Assembly: GCA_034435835.1 (NCBI GenBank)
Contig: DAOTWF010000017.1
Location: 79,617-143,616, forward strand
Source of the DNA: Dehalococcoidia bacterium
GTDB lineage: Bacteria > Chloroflexota > Dehalococcoidia > GIF9 > UBA5629
Reading direction: 5' to 3'
Length of the DNA stretch: 64,000 nucleotides
Shown: positions 57,020-64,000 of the stretch, in pieces
Numbering within the stretch: the first letter of the stretch is position 1
How the letters are laid out: every line of letters starts with the position of its first letter
Notes under the pieces: model-generated
What the model was told of the DNA's origin: nothing
Database searches by the model: none
What the model saw: only the letters and a program-made list of their open reading frames with translations
Made by a program: the position numbers and the translations under genes

Positions 57020-60000
57020 TTAACGGCTGGAAAGTGCCTTGGACACCTCTGTCACCAGTTTAGAGGCATCGAACGGCTTCACCAGATAAGGTGCGCCGGT
57101 ACGGGTGAGGAACTCCCGTGTGCTTTCCCCCATGACATCCCCGGTGATAAACAGCGTCCGCTTGGTGAGCGAGGGGACCAGCCTCCTTAACCTGCGGTAA
57201 AGCTCTACCCCGCTGGTGCCCGGCATCTTGATGTCGAGCAGCAAAAGCTGGTAACGTCCGCTTCGCACCTTTTCCAGCGCTTCCTCAGCGCCGCCAGCCG
57301 TATCCACGTCACAGCCCTCCGCCCTCAGCACCTCTGACACGAAATCCCTGACCACAGCTTCATCGTCCACCACCAGTATCCTGGCTTTACCCAGGCGGAG
57401 GCGGGCGCGGGCTTTGGCTGGGGTAACCTTTTCCTCAGCAGCCAGCGCAGTCTCCACCGGCAGCTCGATGAAAAAGGTCGCCCCCTTGCCCGGCTGGCTC
57501 TCCGCCCATATTCTTCCCTTATGCTCGGTTATTATCCCGTGGCATATGCTCAAGCCCAGCCCGGTGCCCGCACCCACCTCAGCGGTGGTGAAAAACGGCT
57601 CGAATATCCTCTCCAGGTGCTCAGGGGCAATCCCCGGGCCATTGTCCTTGAAGGATATTCTGATAACGGAGTCCAACGCTTCGGTCTTCACCACCAGCCT
57701 GCCCTTCCTCGGCACCCGTTTCACCGCCGTCTCAGCGTTTATGATAATGTTCAGGAACACCTGCTGTAACTGACCGGGGTCAGCCACTGTGGCAGGAAGG
57801 TTGGGAGCAAGCCGAGTGGTGACGGTTATGTTGCTTGTCTCCAGATGGTAGGCTCTGAGTCGCAGCACAGCCTCGATAACCTCATTGATATTCACCAGCC
57901 TCCGCTCCGGCCTGTACTGGCGGGCGAAGGTCAGCAGCCTCCTCAAAATGCTGGCTACCCGCTGGGCACTCTCGTTTATCACCTCGAGAGCCGCCCTCAT
58001 ATCCTCTGGCACGTCCTTTCTCGCCAGCAGCAACTGGGCATAACCCATCACGCCGGTGAGCGGGTTATTTATTTCGTGGGCAATTCCCGATGCCATCTCG
58101 CCCACAGAAGCCAGCCTGGCGGCGAGGTGCGCCCGCCTCTCCAGCTCCCTCCTCTCCTCCTCCGCCTGCATCCGCTCAGTAATATCCCGCCCAACGCCGC
58201 GGAAGCCGACGACTTCGCCTTTCTCGTTGCGCAGCGGTAAAGCAACAAGCTCACCAAAGCCGGTGCTGCCATCTTTGCGCACCACCCTGAAGATGACGCC
58301 CTTCTGCGGTCGCCCCGTCCGGTACACCTCATTGAAAACTTTGAACACCTTTTTCCAGTCTTCTTGGGCTACCAGCATGCGGTAGTTATTGCCCAGTAGC
58401 TCCTCACTGGAGTAGCCCGTGACGCGGCACATGGCATCGTTGACAAAGGTGAAATCACCGGCGATATCCAGCTCGAAATAGCTGTCCTCCATCTCATCAA
58501 GGACGGTGCGGAACCTTTCTTCCGACCTCCTTAAAGCCTCCTCCATCCGCCTGCGCTCGGTGACGTCCCGGGCAACGCCACGGAAACCGATGATCTCGCC
58601 TTTTTCATTACGCCGCGGCAGCACGCTGTACTCAACGTCGACCCTCCTGCCGTCCTTGGCGATCTGTACAGCGTGAAGCGACCTCAAGGGCTGCCCGGTG
58701 CGGTATACCTGGTTAAATGACCGAAAGACCTCTTCCCTGCCCTCTTCCGGTGTGTAATTGCGGTAGTTCAACCCCATCAGCTCTTCCGGCGAGTAGCCGA
58801 GCCGCCGCGCCAGGGCATCGTTGAAGAAGACCAGGTTGCCGCGCAGGTCTGTCTCGTAGTAACCTTCGTCCACCTCCTCGAGAACCGTGCGGTACCGTCG
58901 CTCCGACTCGATGAGCATGTCCTCCAACCGTTTCTGTTCGGTGACGTCCTCCATGAGTACAAGCAGCGCCGGCTTCCCGTCCCAGGTGATGTTGACCGCA
59001 TTGAACAGAACCCACCTGATGCCGCCGTCCTTTAATACCACCCTTAACGGGTAGTAGCGCGGCTGCCTTTCGCCTCTGAGCCAGCCCTGGAACCGCCTCT
59101 TCGCCTTATCTAAATCCTCGGGATGGAAGAAAGCCCAGACTGACATCTCTCGCAACTCTTCCATACCGTAGCCGCTGATACGCAGCACCCTGTGGTTGGC
59201 GAACACCACATTATCGCCCTGCACCACCACAATGCCTTCGGTAGCATTGTCCACCAGGGTTCGGTACCTTTCCTCCGACCGCTTCAGCGCCTCCTCCATC
59301 TCCATCTGCTCGGTGACATCGGTCATGAGGGATAACACGGCAGGCTTCCCCTCCCAGGTTATCATCGCAGTGTTGGTCACCACCCACCGTATGCCACCGT
59401 CTTTAAGAACCACCCTTAAAGGGTACCACCGGGAAAGTCTTTCTCCGCGGAGCCAGCGACGGAACCTGTCCAGAGCTTTCTCCCTGTCCTCGGGATGGAA
59501 GATGTCGAAGGAGCCCATCGCCATCATCTCTTCCAGCGTATAGCCGCTCATCCTCAAAGCCCGGCGGTTGGCATAGACTATCCTGCGGTTCCGGGAGACG
59601 GTGATGCTCTCGGCGGCGTTTTCCACCACGGTGCGGTACCTCTCCTCACTCCTGCGGAGTTCCTCCTCGACTGTATGCCGTGCTTCCTCAGTTTCAAGGC
59701 TGTGCAGGGCAAAGGCGATGTCTGCCGCCACCTCCTCAAGTAGCCCTTCCTCCTCCCCTTTACTGGCGATGCCCCGGGGGGCAGACACCATCATCACCCC
59801 GTACGCCTTCCCGCCATATGCCAGGCGCACGCTCATCCCGATGCCATCGCCACACCTGTGCTCCAGCGGACAGCCCCGGCAGACGCCCCCAGCAGCTTCG
59901 ATCACCAGGGCATCGGTCGCCTCCAGCGCCTTTCTGGCGCAGGGCGGGAGCTCGCCCTTCTCCAGCACCCGCTTCAGCCGGGCGAAGCCCCTGCCCAGAC

Positions 60001-60304
60001 CGGCCTGGGAAGAAGCCACGAATTTCCCTGCCTCGTCGAACAGGACGACCCAGGCGCTGCTATAGCCGCGGTTCCTTACCAGGTTGTGGCACACCCCCCT
60101 GAGGAGCTGGTTCCGGTCAGCCCCGCGGGCGATGAGCTGGTTGATATTACGGATGGCACGGAGCACCCTGTTCAGACGGCGCAGCCTCTCCTCCATCGCC
60201 CCTTCAGTCTTCATCCGCGCCTCCAGAGCCGCCACCCTCCGCCTCATCGCTTCCAGTTCAGCCACAAGCTCCTCTTTCGTCTTCTCGGAATTTTTTCTAG
60301 CCAT
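57020..60304 (-). CDS. hybrid sensor histidine kinase: coiled coil, Cys-rich GAF-like sensor, four PAS domains, HisKA, HATPase_c and a C-terminal receiver
   Basis: H-box ASGIAHEINNPL. N/G boxes (NAETA, DNGPGI, GTGLGLS). Receiver ILVVDDE...LLLLDIKMPG...KP. Four PAS units, each preceded by S/EER(Y/F)RTV. Confidence 0.85.
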   Translation of the reverse strand: MARKNSEKTKEELVAELEAMRRRVAALEARMKTEGAMEERLRRLNRVLRAIRNINQLIARGADRNQLLRGVCHNLVRNRGYSSAWVVLFDEAGKFVASSQAGLGRGFARLKRVLEKGELPPCARKALEATDALVIEAAGGVCRGCPLEHRCGDGIGMSVRLAYGGKAYGVMMVSAPRGIASKGEEEGLLEEVAADIAFALHSLETEEARHTVEEELRRSEERYRTVVENAAESITVSRNRRIVYANRRALRMSGYTLEEMMAMGSFDIFHPEDREKALDRFRRWLRGERLSRWYPLRVVLKDGGIRWVVTNTAMITWEGKPAVLSLMTDVTEQMEMEEALKRSEERYRTLVDNATEGIVVVQGDNVVFANHRVLRISGYGMEELREMSVWAFFHPEDLDKAKRRFQGWLRGERQPRYYPLRVVLKDGGIRWVLFNAVNITWDGKPALLVLMEDVTEQKRLEDMLIESERRYRTVLEEVDEGYYETDLRGNLVFFNDALARRLGYSPEELMGLNYRNYTPEEGREEVFRSFNQVYRTGQPLRSLHAVQIAKDGRRVDVEYSVLPRRNEKGEIIGFRGVARDVTERRRMEEALRRSEERFRTVLDEMEDSYFELDIAGDFTFVNDAMCRVTGYSSEELLGNNYRMLVAQEDWKKVFKVFNEVYRTGRPQKGVIFRVVRKDGSTGFGELVALPLRNEKGEVVGFRGVGRDITERMQAEEERRELERRAHLAARLASVGEMASGIAHEINNPLTGVMGYAQLLLARKDVPEDMRAALEVINESAQRVASILRRLLTFARQYRPERRLVNINEVIEAVLRLRAYHLETSNITVTTRLAPNLPATVADPGQLQQVFLNIIINAETAVKRVPRKGRLVVKTEALDSVIRISFKDNGPGIAPEHLERIFEPFFTTAEVGAGTGLGLSICHGIITEHKGRIWAESQPGKGATFFIELPVETALAAEEKVTPAKARARLRLGKARILVVDDEAVVRDFVSEVLRAEGCDVDTAGGAEEALEKVRSGRYQLLLLDIKMPGTSGVELYRRLRRLVPSLTKRTLFITGDVMGESTREFLTRTGAPYLVKPFDASKLVTEVSKALSSR
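58180..59660 (-). repeat. two successive tandem PAS-domain duplications (A-A-B-B, period about 369-375 nt) inside the kinase gene
   Basis: A units share ...RWLRGER...YPLRVVLKDGGIRWV...ITW.GKPA.L.LM.DVTEQ. The matching DNA blocks near 59390-59432 and 59022-59064 are about 369 nt apart. B units share ...F.ND...R..GYS.EEL.G.NYR.....E......F..VYRTG.P.......KDG.........LP.RNEKGE..GFRGV.RD.TER. Confidence 0.7.
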
Positions 60305-60517
60305 CGTCGATCCCTGCTCTTAAATTAGTAAATTCCCACCTAGTCTTTGTACTCTTTTTAATCGCATATGTCAAGCTGATTTTGGGGTCAACAGGATGGT
60401 ACTTTTGGTGCACTCTTGTTGAAACGCCGCCGCGCGGGCATCTATAATGCGCGGTGATGAGCCAGGTTTCAGCCATACGGTCGGTCGCCTGCAGGGAAAA
60501 AGCGTCAGGAGGTGACA

Positions 60518-61324
60518 ATGAAGGTAAAGGCTAACGGCATTTCGGTGTACTGCGAGATCAAGGGAAAGGGGGATAATCTGGTGCTGATCCACGGGGCGGG
60601 TGATAACCTGAATATGTGGTACCACCAGGTACCTGTGTTTTCCCGAAATTATCGGGTTATCACCTACGACGTCAGGGGTTCAGGGAAGAGCGATAGCCCC
60701 GAAGGGGAATACACCATATCCCTATTTGCCGAGGACGCCTATCAGTTGATGAAGGCACTGAAGGTATCGGGGGCTTATTTCCTGGGTTATTCAATGGGCG
60801 GGCGCATCGCCCTGCAACTATCGCTGGAGCACCCCGAGATGGTGAAGGCGCTGGTGCTTGCCAACAGCTCTGTAGGGCTTCTGCCGCCCACACCGGAGGC
60901 CATTGAGCGGCGCAAGGCAATAATTGAGCTTCTGCAGAAGAAGGACATGAAGACCTTTGCCGAGATGATGACCACAGCCGCCTTCTCCCCTGACTTCAAA
61001 TCGCGAAACCCTGTTGAATTTGAGCGGTACAAGAAGGTCAAGATGCGGAACAAGCCCGAGGGCATCGCCCGCCTTATGGGCTCGCTGGCTGCACCCCCAT
61101 CCCCACCAGACCTATCGAAAGTGAAATGTCCCACCTTGCTCATAGTGGGCGAACACGACTTCTACATGGGGGTAGAACAGGGGAGGCAAGCCCAACAAGC
61201 AATAGCCGGCGCTGAGCTGGTCGTCCTGCCCACCGGCCACGCCGCTGCCATCGAAGCTCCGGAAAGATTTAACGCCGCGGTGCTTGACTTCCTCTCCAGG
61301 GTGAGACCCGCACCACATACCTGA
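60518..61324 (+). CDS. alpha/beta hydrolase (3-oxoadipate enol-lactonase / haloperoxidase-like)
   Basis: LVLIHGAGDN, nucleophile elbow LGYSMGG, a C-terminal region with GEHD, and the catalytic His in LPTGHAA. Start set to the ATG at 60518, after AGGAGG. Confidence 0.75.
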   Translation: MKVKANGISVYCEIKGKGDNLVLIHGAGDNLNMWYHQVPVFSRNYRVITYDVRGSGKSDSPEGEYTISLFAEDAYQLMKALKVSGAYFLGYSMGGRIALQLSLEHPEMVKALVLANSSVGLLPPTPEAIERRKAIIELLQKKDMKTFAEMMTTAAFSPDFKSRNPVEFERYKKVKMRNKPEGIARLMGSLAAPPSPPDLSKVKCPTLLIVGEHDFYMGVEQGRQAQQAIAGAELVVLPTGHAAAIEAPERFNAAVLDFLSRVRPAPHT

Positions 61325-61424
61325 GCGCACCCGCAGACCTAGAGCCTAGGTCAACTTGTTTTGACCGCCGCCCATCTTTTAGGATAGACTTTCGGCATAC
61401 TGCAGCCAAAAAGGAGGGGTGAAA

Positions 61425-62261
61425 ATGTGCATCTGGTGCGAAAAATATGCCGATGGCTACCAGAGGTGGTACTTCAACCCGGCAAACTATGCCCGCAAAC
61501 TCTACAAAATCAGGAAAGAGGAGGCTGAAGCTGCCGGCGCTGAAGGCAGCCCCATGGCAGCCGGTGGCATGTCGCTGCTGACAGAGGAGTTTCTCCAGGC
61601 ATGGGACAAAAAGGACTATGCCACTGTAGACAAAATAAAGCAGGACATCGAGCGGCTGTCATGGGCAGCACACTTCGGACAGGTGGTCACCCTTGAGGAC
61701 ACCCTGAAGGTTATCGACCTGATCTACCCCATCGCCATCATGACCTGCCTCTGCCGGCGCTCAATGCTGGGCTTGCCCGATGAGGAAAACTTCACCTGCA
61801 TCGGCATGGGCTCAGGGATGTACAAGTGGGAACGGTGGCCCAATACCTACCGCGGCGGCGTCCAGTTCCTCACGCCCGACGAAGCCAAGGACATCGTTAC
61901 CAGACTGAACAAGAGGGGGCTGGTGCAGACCCTGTTCACCTTCGGCACACCGTATATCGGCGGCATCTGTAACTGCGACTACCCTGACTGCTCTGCCATC
62001 AGGACGACGCTGGACTTCGGCATCAGGACGCTGTGGAAGGGGCACCACGTAGCTCAGGTGGACCGCGACCTCTGCAATGGCTGCGCCTCCTGTATCCACC
62101 GTTGCCAGTTCAAAGCGCTCAGTTTCTCGGCTTCCCAGCAAAAAGCCTACATAGACCAGTTCCAGTGCTTCGGCTGCGGGCTCTGCATCACCGAATGTCC
62201 CCCGGAAGCCATAACCCTGGTGGAGCGAGCCAGCCTGCCAGCGCTGGCAAACGTATGGTAA
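61425..62261 (+). CDS. Cys-rich protein with C-terminal 2x[4Fe-4S] ferredoxin domain, function unknown
   Basis: CNGCASCIHRC and CFGCGLCITECP. Additional Cys clusters: CIWC, MTCLCRR, GGICNCDYPDC. Start set to the ATG at 61425, 10 nt after AAGGAGG. Confidence 0.6.
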   Translation: MCIWCEKYADGYQRWYFNPANYARKLYKIRKEEAEAAGAEGSPMAAGGMSLLTEEFLQAWDKKDYATVDKIKQDIERLSWAAHFGQVVTLEDTLKVIDLIYPIAIMTCLCRRSMLGLPDEENFTCIGMGSGMYKWERWPNTYRGGVQFLTPDEAKDIVTRLNKRGLVQTLFTFGTPYIGGICNCDYPDCSAIRTTLDFGIRTLWKGHHVAQVDRDLCNGCASCIHRCQFKALSFSASQQKAYIDQFQCFGCGLCITECPPEAITLVERASLPALANVW

Positions 62262-62282
62262 CCACAGAGGAGGTGTGCCGCT

Positions 62283-62537
62283 ATGCTACCAAAAATTATC
62301 GTCGATGATAATAAATGCAGTAACCCGCTCTCCTGCCGCAAGTGCCTCCTTGCTTGCCCCATGCATGCCCTGGGACTGGGCACCAAGGTGGGACCGAAGA
62401 AGTTCCAAGAGATACCGCCAGAGCAGTTCCGGGTTGCCGGGGTGCGTCTGGAGAGGTGCACCGTGTGCAGGGACTGCGTTAAAGTATGCCCCAGCGGTGC
62501 CATTCAGGTATTTTGTGACGGAGGTGCTGGAAAATGA
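62283..62537 (+). CDS. small ferredoxin-like protein (one canonical and one atypical Cys motif)
   Basis: CTVCRDCVKVCP is canonical; CSNPLSCRKCLLACP is atypical (Cx5Cx2Cx3CP). GAGGAGG RBS. The stop overlaps the next ATG (ATGA). Confidence 0.6.
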   Translation: MLPKIIVDDNKCSNPLSCRKCLLACPMHALGLGTKVGPKKFQEIPPEQFRVAGVRLERCTVCRDCVKVCPSGAIQVFCDGGAGK

Positions 62538-63118
62538 CCACAGGATGGAAATACGCTAGACCCGCTAAAGAAAAACTTATGACGCTGGAGGAGCCGGGTA
62601 AAGAGCTGCTCTTCGATGCCGATAAGGGATTGGTGGACGAGATTACAGCAAAGTTCAATCTCAGCAGCATTGCTCAGGGGCTTGGCGGTAAGAGCCATGA
62701 GCAAATCCACCAGGCTATGGAGCAACTAGGGAAGGAGCTCATGGAGCTGACTGTCAAGCTCGGCGATGGCAAATATCTGGATCGCACCGGTGAGATGATT
62801 GAACGGGTCTACAAACAGACGGGCATGTCTTTCCCCCATCGCCTGCAGAGGTACATCGAGCTCTCCATACTGGGGCTGAGGCCCGCCGACCGCTGGAATA
62901 TCACAAAGTCGACTACAAAGGAGCTGGTGCTCCAGGTGACATCGTGTTCAGTGAGAAAGGCACTTGAAGGCGCTGGCATAAGCGGACTGCCCTGCAAAGC
63001 GTTCTGCATCGCCAGCTTCCAGGCTGCTGCCGCCAAGACCGGCGACCGGGTGCAAGTGGAGCTGACCAAAACGCTGCCACAGGACGGGCTATGTCAGTTC
63101 TGTATCGCCAGAGCTTAG
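62534..63118 (+). CDS. hypothetical protein, possibly ATC-hydrolase-like (PF14196-type) fold
   Basis: The C-terminal pattern VLQVTSCSV....G.....PCKAFC...........V.VELTKTLPQDGLCQFCI resembles, from memory, the Cys pattern of 'L-2-amino-thiazoline-4-carboxylic acid hydrolase' family proteins. Tentative. Confidence 0.4.
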   Translation: MTTGWKYARPAKEKLMTLEEPGKELLFDADKGLVDEITAKFNLSSIAQGLGGKSHEQIHQAMEQLGKELMELTVKLGDGKYLDRTGEMIERVYKQTGMSFPHRLQRYIELSILGLRPADRWNITKSTTKELVLQVTSCSVRKALEGAGISGLPCKAFCIASFQAAAAKTGDRVQVELTKTLPQDGLCQFCIARA

Positions 63119-63426
63119 CTGCGCCACCTTTCATCGGGCGCCGCTTGTATCACTCCCCCCCTTTGTCCACCATGCCGGACGGTGGTCTGCCATGGAGCCG
63201 GAGGCTGCGCCTGCACTTCCCCGAGCTTACTGAACTGCTCGAGGACTGGTACGACAGGACAGCGGAGAACTGCGACCGGTTCGTCAACATCAGCGAGGTG
63301 GACAAATATAGCATCACCTGTACCATCTGCCGCCACTTCGATGCCGGCGGCTGTTTCTCAACCGGTGCTGCCCCCGTGGATATCATGGCCCTGCTACACA
63401 GAGCCCGCCAGCACGACACCCTGTGA
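63091..63426 (+). CDS. hypothetical protein (start uncertain: 63091 or 63172)
   Basis: An ORF in the cluster's orientation that overlaps the previous gene's end. Contains CTICRHFDAGGC. No recognisable family and a weak RBS. Confidence 0.25.
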   Translation: MSVLYRQSLAAPPFIGRRLYHSPPLSTMPDGGLPWSRRLRLHFPELTELLEDWYDRTAENCDRFVNISEVDKYSITCTICRHFDAGGCFSTGAAPVDIMALLHRARQHDTL

Positions 63427-63596
63427 TAACCACTTCAATATCACCTCGTTTCTCGCCCACGAGCACAGGGCTTATGCTGGCTCACACCTAGGGCAGATAG
63501 TTCAAAACCAGGAATGGAGTTTAACGAGATAACCGGCCCGTCATCTTCTCGCCACATCGGGGGAAAGTTGCACGACTTCCAGTTTTTGTCAGAATG

Positions 63597-63605
63597 TGGT
63601 AAAAT
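63597..63605 (+). promoter_or_regulatory. candidate extended -10 promoter element (TGGTAAAAT) upstream of gyrB
   Basis: TGnTAAAAT about 140 nt upstream of the gyrB ATG. No good -35 at 17-nt spacing. Sequence match only. Confidence 0.3.
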
Positions 63606-63745
63606 AGTTTAGTCTTGATGGAAGTTGTTGTGTTGCCACAGTGCTCTGGCACTAAATATTGGGCTCATAATCCACCAATCCTCACCCGCTGTAGCCTGTG
63701 AGAGCTGGGCGGGTTATACCGCTTTGAGCAACTTGAGCAACGGTC

Positions 63746-64000
63746 ATGGCGCAGGAGAATAACAAAGAGGCGACCACAGCTTTTGCCGATTATACTGCGG
63801 AAGACATACGGGTGCTGGATGGCCTCGAAGCCGTGCGGCGTCGCCCTGGTATGTACATTGGCAGCACCGACCAGCAAGGCCTGCACCACCTGCTCTATGA
63901 AATAGTCTACAACAGTATAGACGAGGCGATGGCGGGCTACTGTACCCGCTGTGCCGTGACTATCCGCAAGGACAACTCGGTAACCGTCACCGATAATGGT
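63746..64000 (+). CDS. gyrB: DNA gyrase subunit B, N-terminal fragment (truncated by the window end; absent from the ORF track)
   Basis: Translation from the ATG at 63746: [65 protein letters not shown]... This is the canonical GyrB N-terminus (LEAVRKRPGMYIG, GLHHL, E..DN..DEA). Confidence 0.9.
   Translation, partial: MAQENNKEATTAFADYTAEDIRVLDGLEAVRRRPGMYIGSTDQQGLHHLLYEIVYNSIDEAMAGYCTRCAVTIRKDNSVTVTDNG

Noticed and set aside
1-64000. Looked across all intergenic regions for rRNA, tRNA, CRISPR arrays, transposases, integrases and terminal inverted repeats.
   Set aside because: I saw no cloverleaf-compatible segments, no regularly spaced direct repeats and no recombinase-like ORFs. The only repeats are intragenic (PAS units) or paralogous genes. 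Without a tRNA or Rfam scan, small ncRNAs cannot be excluded.

Overview
This is a moderately GC-rich bacterial chromosomal window. Gene content and strong GGAGG-type ribosome-binding sites (RBS) suggest a Chloroflexota-like anaerobe, but that is a low-certainty inference. About 58 credible CDS are packed tightly, often with 1-11 nt overlaps. Housekeeping blocks: nusA-ylxR-infB-rbfA-truB (minus strand); rpsO-pnp-dapB-asd-dapA (minus); dnaX-ybaB-recR-recO (plus); purA; uppS; and the 5' end of gyrB at the window edge. Accessory and metabolic content: three ADP-forming acyl-CoA synthetase alpha-type paralogs (two in tandem); an OYE/2,4-dienoyl-CoA-reductase-like flavoprotein; a DUF169-like / 1384-aa activase-dehydratase fusion / nitroreductase operon; a radical SAM + tungsten-type aldehyde:ferredoxin oxidoreductase + MoaD-like trio; an ino1 / PimA-like GT4 / CDP-alcohol phosphatidyltransferase cluster; a P-type ATPase; an MFS transporter; two tandem-USP proteins; and a 1094-aa multi-PAS hybrid histidine kinase. 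The candidates I consider most novel are these. (1) An ArsR / DsrE-like / TusA / NarI-type membrane protein / HdrD-DsrK-type CCG iron-sulfur protein operon at 38.7-41.7 kb. (2) An intact M50 site-2-protease-CBS homolog in which all three zinc ligands are substituted. (3) A translationally coupled Fe-S gene cluster of unknown function at 61.4-63.4 kb. (4) A terminator-like leader abutting the MFS start. Two decayed genes were found by frame-walking: a DegV remnant, and a multiply frameshifted TIGR02391/Hypoth_Ymh-type gene in an AT-richer islet. I saw no rRNA, tRNA, CRISPR array, transposase or integrase. All family calls come from motif recognition by eye; no database search was possible.
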